From: Ilumatobacteraceae bacterium
GTDB taxonomy: Bacteria > Actinomycetota > Acidimicrobiia > Acidimicrobiales > Ilumatobacteraceae
Direction: 5' to 3'
Assembly: GCA_031430695.1 (NCBI GenBank)
Contig: JANPBZ010000134.1
Coordinates: 8,683-72,682 of the forward strand
Length of the DNA stretch: 64,000 bases
The position numbers and the translations under genes are program-made. Shown piece after piece: positions 39,801 through 51,800 of the stretch. Each line of letters begins with the position of its first letter. Within the stretch, counting starts at the first letter, position 1. The notes beneath the pieces are model-generated. The model was given only the letters and a program-made list of their open reading frames with translations, searched no databases and had not been told where the DNA came from.

Positions 39801-42800
39801 CCGCGTCTGTCGGCGCAAGCTGCGGTGCTGCATCGGGATCGATGCCGATCGCGACCACCGTCACCATCGCCGCCGGCGCGACTGCGACGTACAACGTGGT
39901 CGTCGCGGTCTCGTCGACTGCTACAGGCTCGTTGACCAATACCTCGACGGTGCAGGCACCGGCCGGAGTGACCGACCCCGTGTCGGCCGACAACTCGGCC
40001 ACCGACATCGACTCGCTGACCCCGACCGCCGATGTGTCGATCTCAAAGACCGATGGCCTCACCACCGTGGTGCCCGGCGCCAACGTCACCTACACCGTGG
40101 TCGCCTCCAATCCCGGTCCTTCGACCGTGACCGGTGCGACAGTCAGCGACACGATTCCCGCGGCGTTGAGCGGCGCAACCTGGACGTGCTCGGCCAGCGG
40201 CGGGTCGACATGTCCGGCCACCGGCAGCGGCGATCTCGCCGCGTCGGTCACCCTTGCTCCGGGCGGGTCGACAACGTTCACGATCTCGGCCACTGTCGTT
40301 GCCTCGGCCACCGGCACGATCTCCAACACAGCGACGATCACGTTGCCGGGCACAGTCACCGACCCGACGCCCGCCAACAACTCGGCCACTGACCTCACCA
40401 CCGTGACACCGCAGACCGACCTGACCATCACCAAGACCGACGGGACTCCGACAGCGGTGCCGGGCCAGTCGACCACCTACACGATCGTGGTCACCAACAC
40501 GGGACCATCCAGCGTCACCGGTGCGGCTGTGACCGACACGATGCCCGCAGGCGTGACGACGATGAACTGGTCGTGTGCCGGTTCGGGTGGCGGAAGCTGC
40601 CCGGCGGCGGGCAGCGGTTCGATCAGCGACAACGTCGACCTGCCGGTCGGTGCGTCGGTCACGTACACCGTCACGGTCGCAGTGGCCGCAGGCGCGACGG
40701 GAACGTTGACCAACACTGCCACCGTCGCCGCACCGCTCGGTGTCACCGATACGAACGCAGCGAACAACACCGCGACCGATGTCGACACGCTGACGCCACG
40801 TGCCGATCTGGCGGTCACCAAGACCGATGGCGTCGCCTCGGTGATCCCCGGGCAATCGACGACCTACACGGTCACAGTGACCAACGCTGGCCCATCGGAT
40901 GCCCCGAACACCGTTGTCACTGACGCCACGCCCGTCGATGCCTCGTTCACGTCGTGGAGCTGCTCGCCGAGCGCCGGCGCCGCCTGCTCGACGGCATCGG
41001 GAAGCGGGTCGATCAACACCTCCGTCGATCTGCCGCTCGGCACGATCGTCACGTTCGTCGTCGACGCCGCGATTGACGCCGCGGCCACTGGCACGCTCGG
41101 CAACACGGCGACGGCCGCCCCGGCGCCGGGCATCACCGACCCTGTTGTCGGCAACAACTCGGCCACCGATACTGACACGCTCACACCGACCGCTGACCTG
41201 GCGATCACCAAGACGAACCTTCTCAGCACGGTGGTGCCGGGCGATCCGATCAGCTACACCGTCACGGCCTCGAACTCCGGCCCGTCGTCGGTCGTCGGTG
41301 CATCGGTCGTCGATGCGTTGCCGGCCTCGTTGACGGCGGCAACGTGGACCTGCGCGGCGTCGGGTGGCGGCTCGTGCACATCGTCGGGTTCCGGTTCGAT
41401 CAACGAAACCGTGAACCTGCCGGTCGGAGCGACAGTGATCTACACGGTCGACGGAGTCGTCGCCTCGGCAGCGATCGGCAGCATCGACAACACCGCAACC
41501 GTGGGAGTGCCGGTCGGGGTGACCGATCCGGTCGTCGGCAACAACTCGGCCACCGATAGCGATCCGTTGACCCCCGAAGTCGACCTGTCGATCACCAAGA
41601 CCGACGGCCTTGCCATTGCCGACCCGCTCGATGCCGTGACCTACACGATCGTGGTGTCCAACGACGGGCCTTCGTCGGTGTCCGACGCGCAGGTCGTCGA
41701 CCTGATTCCGGCGGCTCTGCTCGGGGCGACGTGGACCTGTGCATCGGGCGTCGGGGGCAACTGCGACCTGGCCGGCCCGGTCGCCGGCGACATCAACACC
41801 ACCGTCGATCTGGCCGTCAACGGCTCCGTGCAGTTCACCGTCACCGCCACGATCGCCGGGTCGACGATCGGCACGGTCATCAACACTGCCACCGTGTCGG
41901 CTCCGTCCGGTGTGAGCGAGACCAACAGTGCCGACAACGCGGCGACCGATGCAACGGCCGTCACCTCGACCGCAGCCCTGTCGATCACCAAGACCGACGG
42001 ACAAGCCACCGATGTGGCAGGCACTTCATCGACGTACACGATCACCGTCGCCAACTCCGGTCCATCGGCAGTGATCAACGCGGCGGTGGCCGACGCGCTG
42101 CCGCCCGCATTGACCAATGCGACCTGGACGTGCACGGCCTCCGGTGCCGGCAACTGCGACGACGCCGGACCCACAGCGGGTGACATCAACTCCACCGTCG
42201 ACCTGCCGTCGGGCGAGTCGGCAACCTTCACGGTCACCGCAACCGTCGATCCGAGCTTCACCGGGTTGCTGTCGAACACGGCCACCGTCACCGCGCCGCC
42301 CGGCACGATCGACGATCCGTCGAACAACAGCAGCACCGACGACACCACAGTCGTCGCCGAAGCCAACCTGACCGTCGCCAAGTCCGACGGCACAGTCACG
42401 GCGACTCCGGGGGCCGACACCACGTACACAGTGACCGTCGACAACGCCGGGCCTTCAGCCGTGGTCGGCGCGACCGTCGGCGACGTGTTGCCCGCCGGGG
42501 CGACGGCGATGAACTGGACATGCGCCGCCAGCGTTGGGTCGTCGTGCACCGCTTCGGGAAGTGGCTCGCTCGGTGACACCGTCGATCTCCTGCCCGGCGG
42601 CCAGGTGACCTACGTCGTCATCGTCGACATCGACGCTGCGGCCACAGGCCTGCTGACCAACACCGCCACTGCAACTGTTCCCCCGACCATGACCGAGACA
42701 TCACCGCTCGACAACACCGCAACCGACATCGACAGCCTGGTTGCCGAGACAGACCTGGCGATCACCAAGACCGACAACACGCTCGCCGCGGTACCTGGCA

Positions 42801-45800
42801 CCGCGATCACCTACACCATCGTCGCCACCAACAATGGGCCGTCCGACGCCATCGGAGCCACTGTCGCCGACACGTTCCCGGGCGAGTTGAACTCGATCAG
42901 TTGGACATGCGTCGGTCCGTGCACACCCGCTGGCAGCGGAGCGCTGAACGACGTCGTCGGCCTTCCTGTCGGCGCCACCGTCACGTACACCGTCACGGCG
43001 ACCATCGCCGCATCGGCGGTTGGTGTGCTGAGCAACACCGCCACCGTGACCGCCGCGCCTGGCACCGTTGATCCGAACCCGGTCAACGATTCGGCCACCG
43101 ATGTCGACACGCTCGCCGCTGTCGCCGATCTGTCGATCACCAAGACCGATGGAGCGGCCAATGAGGTGCCCGGCACCCCGGTCAGCTACACGATCGTCGT
43201 CTCGAACAATGGTCCATCCGATGTCGTCGGTGCGTCCGTGGTCGACACGTTCCCGCTCGACCTCGCCAACGCCACATGGAGTTGTGTGGCTGCAGGGGGG
43301 ACCTGCCCGGTAGCGGGATCGGGCGACATCAACGCAGTGGTCATCCTGGCCGTCGGTGGCGCGGCGACGTTCGCGGTCACCGCTGATGTCGCCGCTTCGG
43401 CGACCGGCACGTTGACCAACACCGCAACGGTGACAGCACCTCCGGCCACCGATCCGAACGCGGGGAACAACTCGGCCACCGATGTCGACACCTTGTCGCC
43501 TGAAGTCGATCTGTCGGTCACCAAGACCGACAACGACCTGGTGGCCCAACCCGGTGACTCCGTGACCTACGAGATCGTGGTTTCCAATGCCGGACCATCC
43601 GCTGTGATCGGCGCACCGTTCACCGACATCGTGCCCTCCTCGCTCGTCGGAGTGTCGTGGACGTGCGCGGCATCGTCGGGCGCGTCGTGCCCAGCGGCGG
43701 GATCGGGCAATGCCATCAACACCACGCTCTCGCTGACACCTGGTGGGACAGCAACGTTCACCGTGACTGCCACGGTGGATGCACCGGCGACTGGCGTGAT
43801 TGCCAATACGGCGACCATCGCTGCGCCCGTTGGCGTGGTCGAGACAGCATCCGGTGACAACACCGCGACCGACACGACGTCGGTGACGCCGACGGCAGAC
43901 CTGATCATCACCAAGACGGACGGGCTGACGTCGATCGCTGCGGGCCAAGCAATCACATACACAATCGTCGTCACCAACGCTGGTCCGTCGACCATCACCG
44001 ACGCACTCGTCACCGACGTACTGCCCTCAGCGTTGGTCGGTGCCACCTGGACATGTGCCGCGTCGGCCGGGTCGAGCTGCCTCGACGCGGCAGGCTCAGG
44101 CGACATCAGCGACCTTGTCACGTTGGCATCCACCGGTACGGCGACGTTCACGGTCTCCGCGACCGTCGCCGCGTCGACGCCGGCGGGCACGCTTTCTAAC
44201 ACCGCCGATGTGGCGATGCCGGTTGGCTCGGTCGACCCGACACCGGCCAACAACACGGCCACTGACACCACGACGATCGAGCGGCACGCCGACCTCGAGG
44301 TCACCAAGACCGATGGCGTGAGCTCGGCGACGCCGGGTCTGGCGATCCAGTACACGATCGTCGTCACCAACAACGGGCCATCCAATGTGTCTGCGGCCAC
44401 GGTCGTCGACACCATGCCGGCCACGTTGATCGGCGCCACCTGGACGTGCTCGGCTTCGGTCGGCTCGACGTGCCCGGCCTCCGGATCTGGCGATTTCGCC
44501 TCGCTCGTCGACCTGCTCGCCGGTGGCACGGCAACCTTCACCGTCGATGCCACCGTGGCCGCCTCGGCGCTCGGCACGCTGGTCAACACGGCCGGCGCGA
44601 CCGTTCCGTCCGGCGTGACCGACCCGGTGCCCGGCAACAACTCGTCGACCGACACCGACACCCTCGACCCCGTTGCCGACCTGTCGATCACCAAGGACGA
44701 CTTCTCGGCCACGGCGACGCCAGGCGCGCCAGTCACCTACACGGTTGTCGTATCGAATGCCGGGCCTTCCGACGTCATCGGCGCGACGGTTGCCGACGTG
44801 CTGCCGGCGACCTTGAGCGGGGTCACCTGGAGCTGCTCGGTCAGCGGTTCCGGCTCCTGCCCGGCCTCGGGCAGTGGCGACGTCAACAGCCTCGTCTCGC
44901 TGACCGTTGGCGCCACGGCGACATTCACGATCACCGGGACTCTGTCTGCAGCAGCCACTGCCAATCTGGTCAACACGGCCACCGTCACCGCCCCCGTCGG
45001 TGTCACCGATCCGGCACCGGCCGACAACAGTGCCACCGACGTCGACACATTGGCGCGAGTCGCCGATCTGTCGGTCACCAAGACCGACTTCGCCGCCACC
45101 GCGACACCGGGTACAGCGGTGAGCTACCAGATCGTCGCCACCAACAACGGGCCATCCGACATCACCGGTGCTGTGGTGACCGACACCCCACCGGCTGAGC
45201 TCACCGGTGTCACCTGGTCGTGCACCGCCACGGGCGGGGCATCGTGCAGCAACTCCAGTGGTGTCGGGGCAATCAACGAACTCGCCGATCTGCCAGTGGG
45301 CGCCTCGGTCACCTTCACCCTCACAGCGACGCTGAGCCCTGCAGCGACTGTCCCCGTCGCCAACACCGTCCAGATCGCTGTACCTGCTGGGGCGACGGAT
45401 CCGAACCCAAGCAACAACACCGCTACCGACACCGACGCGATCGTGCCAGTGGCTGATCTGTCGATCACCAAGACGGTAGACCTGGCAGCGGCACTGCCCG
45501 ACGACGTGCTGACGTACACCATCGTCGTCGCCAATGCCGGACCGTCCGACATCAGCGATTCGCTGGTCGACGACGTCGTGCCCGCCGACGTGGTCGGGGC
45601 GACGTGGACGTGTGCGGCGCAGGCCGGCGGCAACTGCGATCTCACCGGTCCTGTCAGCGGCGACATCGCGGGCACCGTCGACCTGGTGGTCGGTGGCAGT
45701 GTGTCGTTCACGGTGACCGGCACGGTCGCGTCGACGGCGACCGGCACGATCATCAACTCGGCGACCGTCGCTGCACCGGCGGGAGCCAACGATCCGAACC

Positions 45801-48800
45801 CGGCCAACAACACGTCCTCGGCATCGACGACGATCAACCCGAAAGCCGACCTGTCGATCACCAAGACCGATGGCAATGTCACCGATGTCGCCGGTACATC
45901 GCTCCAGTACTCGATCGTTGTCACCAACAGCGGTCCTTCGACCATCCAAGACGCGCCGGTCGACGACGTGCTGCCGGCCGCGTTGCTGGCAGTGTCGTGG
46001 ACCTGCTCGCCTTCTGCTTTCTCCGTATGCGACGATCCAGCGGGTGGCGGCGACATTACTACAACCGTCGATCTGCTGGCCGGTGGAACAGCGACGTTCG
46101 TCATCGACGCCTCGATCGACCCGGCCTTTGCCGGTGTGCTCACCAACACTGCCTCGGTGACCATGCCAGGCGTCGGTGTCGACCCGACTCCTGCCAACAA
46201 CTCGGCGACCGATCTCACCACGATCGTCGCCGAGGCCGACCTGTCGATCACCAAGACCGATGGCAGCCTGGCGGCTACGCCCGGCGGCTCGACCGTCTAC
46301 ACAGTGACGGTGAGCAACTCCGGTCCGTCGACGGTCGTTGGCGCCCCGGTGTCGGACGCCATTCCCGCCGGTGCGACAGCAATGAACTGGACCTGCCTGG
46401 CGTCGCCGGGCTCGTCGTGCGCGCCTTCCGGCAGCGGAGCGCTCGCTGACACGGTCTCGTTGCTGCCGGGTGGCGCCGCCACGTACCAAGCAACGGTCGA
46501 CATCTCGAGCGCGGCGACGGGCGCCTTCGTCAACACTGCGTCGGTCGCCGCACCGATCGGGGTCACCGACCCGGCGCCCGCGAACAACTCGGCGACCGAT
46601 ATCGACACGTTGAGCCCGTCGGCCGACCTGTCGATCACCAAGACCGACGGCTTGTCGAACGCCGTGCCCGGCACGTCGTTGACTTACACGGTTGTCGCCA
46701 CGAATGCCGGACCTTCCGACGCGGTCGGCGCGACGATCAACGACAGTCTCCCGGCCTCGCTTGTCGGCTCGACCTGGACCTGTGTCGGTACTGGCGGCGG
46801 CACCTGCGCAGGAGCCGGAGTCGGGAACATCGCCGACACGGTGAATCTCCCGACGGGTGCCTCGGTCACCTACTCGGTGACGGCAATGATCGATTCCAAC
46901 GCCACCGGAACGTTGGTCAACACAGCGTCGATCGCTGCACCGATCGGCACCACCGATCCAGACCCGAGCGACAATTCGGCCACCGACACCGACACGCTGA
47001 CACCGCAATCCGACCTGTTCGTCACCAAGACCGACGGCCAAACCAATGTGGTGCCGGGTACGCCCGTCACCTACACGGTCGTCGCCGGCAACGCCGGCCC
47101 GTCGGCTGTGGCCGGTGCGACAGTGACCGACCTCCTCTCAGCCGACCTGCTCGGCGCGTCGTGGACGTGCGCGGCGGCCGGCGGAAGATGCCCGGCGACC
47201 GGTACGGGCAATATCGCGGCCAACATCGATCTTGCAGTCGGTGGCACTGCGACCTTCACGATCTCCGCCACCGTGTCGCCCTCGGCAACCTCCACGCTCG
47301 CCAATACCGTCGACGTCGCCGTTCCGAGCGGCGTCACCGATCCGATGGCCGGCAACAACACAGCGACCGACACCGACACCTTGAACCCTGAGGCCGATCT
47401 GTCGATCAGCAAGACCGACGGCCGGATCAGCGCCCAGCCCGGCGACGCGATCACCTACACCCTCGTCGCCGCCAACGCCGGCCCGTCGGCGGTCGTCGGT
47501 GCCCCGGTGATCGACGCCTTGCCCGCAGGCCTGTCCGCAGCCTCGTGGACCTGCGCACCGTCCGCAGGTGCGTCGTGTCCTGCATCGGGTAGCGGCAACA
47601 TCAACACGACGGTGTCGCTGCCGGTAGGAGCGACGGCAATCTTCACCGTCACGACGTCGATCACCGCAACGTCAGGCGTCGTTGCGAACACGGTGCAGAT
47701 CGATGCTCCGGCAGGGGTCAGCGATCCGAGCACCGGTGACAACGTGGCGACCGATACCACCTCGATCACGCCGACCGCGGATCTCTCGATCACCAAGACC
47801 GACGGCCTCACCACGGTGGCTGCCGGTGAGGTGGTCACCTATTCGATCGTTGCCACCAACGCAGGACCGTCGCCGATCATCGGTGCAACCGTCGCCGACG
47901 CGATCCCCGGAGTGCTCGTCGGCGCATCCTGGACCTGCTCTGCGACGGTCGGTTCGACGTGCGCCAACGCCACGGGCAGTGGCAGCATCAACGAGCTCGC
48001 CGACCTTGCCGCTGGCGGTCAGGTGACGTTCTCGATCACCGGGACCGTCAATGGATCGGCGGCGCCAGGGCTGCTCTCCAACACGGCGACGATCACGATG
48101 CCGTTCGGCTCGATCGATCCGACGCCGGGCAACAATTCGGCGACCGACACCACCGTCATCGAGCGACGCGCTGACCTGTCGATCTCCAAGGACGACTTCA
48201 CCGGCGCGGCAGTGGCCGGTGGTTCCACGACCTACACCGTCGTCGTCTCGAACAACGGACCTTCGAACGTGTTCGGCGCCGCAGTCAGCGACCCGATCCC
48301 GACCGGAGTGACGGCAATGACCTGGACGTGCAGTGCGACCGCGGGAGCCTCGTGCATCGTCGCCGGCACGGGCGCGCTGGCGACGAACGTCAACCTCGCG
48401 GCCGGCTCGTCGGTCACCTTCACCGTCGTCGTCGACATCGACGCAGCGGCCTCGGGCCTGCTGACCAACATCGCCTCGGTCATCCCGCCGAGCGGCGTGA
48501 CCGACCCGAACTCGGCCAACGACTCCGACACCGATGTCGACACGGTTGCCGGCGTTGCGGATCTGACCATCACCAAGGACGACGGTTCGTCGACTGCGAC
48601 CCCAGGGTCGACCACGACGTACACGATGGTCGTCACCAACAACGGGCCGTCGAACGTGACCGGTGCGACCGTGACCGATCTCCAACCGGTCGGCACCACG
48701 TTCGACTCGTGGGCCTGCACGGCGACCGGAGCGGCGAGCTGCAGCGACCCGTCGGGAACGGGCTCCATCTCGACCACGGTCGATCTGGCCGTCGGCGCCT

Positions 48801-51800
48801 CGGTGACCTTCACCGTGGTGATGGCAATCGACTCCTCGGTGACCGCTGACGTGACGAACACCGCGACGGTGGCCGCACCCAGCGGCGTCACCGATCCAAA
48901 CTCTGGCGACAACGCTGCCAGCGACACCGACACCATGCTGTTGGTCGCTGATCTGTCGATCACCAAGACTGATGGCTCGGCGACCGTGACGCCCGGCACG
49001 ACCGTCGTCTACTCGGTGACCGCATCGAACGCCGGCCCATCCGACATCGCCGGCGCGGCGGTCACCGACCTCGTGCCGGCCGCGCTCACCGGGGCGACGT
49101 GGACCTGCGCCGGAACGAGCGGAGGAGCATGCACCACCGCGACCGGATCGGCACCGATCAACCAGTCCGTCGATCTGCCGGTCGGTGGCTCGGTCACGTT
49201 CACCATCACGGGTGTGGTCGATCCGGCACTGGTCGGCGACCTCGTCAACACGGCAACGGTTGCCGCGCCGGTCGGCGTGATCGACCCGAACCCAGGCAAC
49301 AACTCGGCAACTGACCTCGACACCAACACTCCGGTCACCGACCTCGCCGTCAGCAAGACCGATGGCCTGACATCGGCACTGCCCGGCGACGTGGTGACCT
49401 ACACCGTCACGGTTTCCAGTGCCGGCCCATCCGATGCCGTCGGCGCATCGTTGATCGATGCCGTGCCGGCTGTGCTCACCGGCGTGACATGGACCTGCGC
49501 TGCGGTCAATGGCGGCTGTGTTGCCAGCGGCACGGGCTCACTGAACGAGTCGATCGACGTAGCCGTGGGTGGCACGGTGACGTTCTCGATCACCGGAACC
49601 GTCGTCGGCACAGCGACTGGAACGATCACCAACACGGCCACAGTCATGGCGCCAGCAGGCGCGAACGATCCCAACCCGGGCGACAACTCGGCCACCGATG
49701 CGACGACCGTGAATCCGAAGGCCGACCTGTCGATCACCAAGACCGATGGCAATCTCAGCGATGTTGCCGGCACCACGGTGACATACACGATTGAAGTCGC
49801 CAACGCCGGTCCGTCGATGATCACCGGCGCACCGGTGGCCGACGTCATGCCCCCGGCGCTCAGCGGAGCGACGTGGAGTTGCACGGCGACTGCCGGGTCG
49901 GTGTGCGGCGGGGTCGGTGGCGCCGGTGACATCGCCGCGACGGTCGATCTGCTCGCCGGTGGTGTGGCTACCTTCACGGTGACCGCGACGATCGACGCTG
50001 CCTTCACCGGCACGCTGACGAACACCGCGACCGTGGCCATGCCCGGCCCCGGTGTGGATCCGACGCCCGGCAACAACATCGCCGTCGACACCACCGACGT
50101 CGTGGCAGTCGCTGATCTGTCGGTGACGAAGACTGATGGTGTGGTGTCGGAGGTGCCTGGTACTGCGGTGTCGTACACGATCGTGGTGTCGAACGCCGGT
50201 CCGTCGGATGTGGTCGGTGCGTCGGTGAGTGATGTGATGCCGGTGTCGTTGTCGAATGTGTTGTGGTCGTGTGTGGGTGTGGCTGGTGGTGTGTGTTCGC
50301 CGTCGGGTACGGGTGATGTCGTTGATGTGATCGATGTGGCTTCGGGTGGCTCGGTGACGTACTCGGTGTCGGGTGATTTGGCTGCTGATGCGTCCGGGGT
50401 GTTGGTCAATGCGGTGTCGGTGGTTGCTCCTGGTTCTGTGACGGATCCGGATCTGTCGAACAACTCGGCGAGCGATGTCGACACGTTGGTGCCGACTGCT
50501 GATCTGTCGGTGACGAAGACTGATGGTGTGGTGTCGGAGGTGCCTGGTACTGCGGTGTCGTACACGATCGTGGTGTCGAACGCCGGTCCATCGGATGTGG
50601 TCGGTGCGTCGGTCACCGACGTCTTCCCGGCGACGCTCATCGGCGCCTCGTGGACCTGCGTCGCCGTGAACGGTGCCTGCCCGGCGTCCGGTAGCGGCAG
50701 CATCAGCGAATTGGTCGACCTGGCAACAGGCGGCACTGCAACGTTCACCGTCACCGCCACCTTGTCGAGTTCGGCCACAGGATCGATCACCAATACGGCC
50801 ACCGTCACGCCGCCGGCGGGCGCGACGGATCCGGATCCGACCAACAACTCTGACGCCGACACCGACACGCTCGATGCCGTTGCCGATCTGTCGATCACCA
50901 AGACCGACAACGACACGAATGCTCGCCCGGGAGACCTGATCACGTACGAGATCGTTGCCTCCAACGCCGGTCCGTCGGCGATCACTGGCGCTGTTGTCAG
51001 TGACGCGATGCCCGCGGGAGTCTTTGGCGTCAGTTGGACGTGCGCAGCCGGCAGTGGCGCCACGTGCCCGGCGTCGGGTATCGGTGATCTGAACGAAACA
51101 GTCGATCTGGCCGTCGGCGCCTCGGCGACGTTCACTGTCACGGCGACCGTCACGGCCTCCGTTGGATCGATCACCAACACCGCGCAGATCGATGCACCCG
51201 CCGGTGCCACGGATCCGAACACAGCCGACAACGTCGCCAGCGACACCACCCAGGTCGACCCGCTCGGTGATTTGTCGATCACCAAGACCGACGGTCTGAC
51301 GTCGGCCGCGCCGGGAGCAGGGATCTCCTACTCCATCGTTGTTTCCAACAGCGGTCCGTCGGCGGCCGCAGGCGTCGCTATCAGCGACACCGTGCCCCCG
51401 TCGTTGTCGGGTGTCACCTGGTCGTGCACGGCCAGCCCCGGATCCGCATGCACCAATGCGACCGGCACCGGCGACATCAGCGAACTTGTTGATCTCGCTG
51501 CCGGTGGTTCTGTTTCGTTCATGGTCGCGGCAACGATCGACGCCGATGCCACGGGTGTGCTCAGCAATACCGCGACGGTGGCTCCACCCTCCGGCTTCGC
51601 CGACTCCGACTCCGCCAACAACTCGGCCACCGATGTCACCGACCTGGATCCGGCGGTCGACCTCGCCGCGACGAAGACCGATGGGCAGGTCATCGCGATC
51701 CCCGGCACGCCGATCAGCTACATCATCGTCGTCACCAACGCCGGCCCGTCGGTGGCCGCGGGATCGCAAGTGCTCGACAGCCTGCCTGCGTCGTTGCTCG

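Noticed and set aside
36601-51769. Very long antisense and off-frame ORFs inside the giant gene, for example 36601-38124 (507 aa), 37019-39691 (890 aa), 38536-40089, 40043-42004, 44096-47041 (981 aa) and 49399-51285.
   Set aside because: They mirror the repeat periodicity of the sense frame and have Arg/Gly-rich or Val/Ala-rich low-complexity composition. They are explained by high GC content plus a repetitive sense frame that rarely produces stop complements. Only the sense frame has a signal peptide, domain-like modules and a sorting signal.
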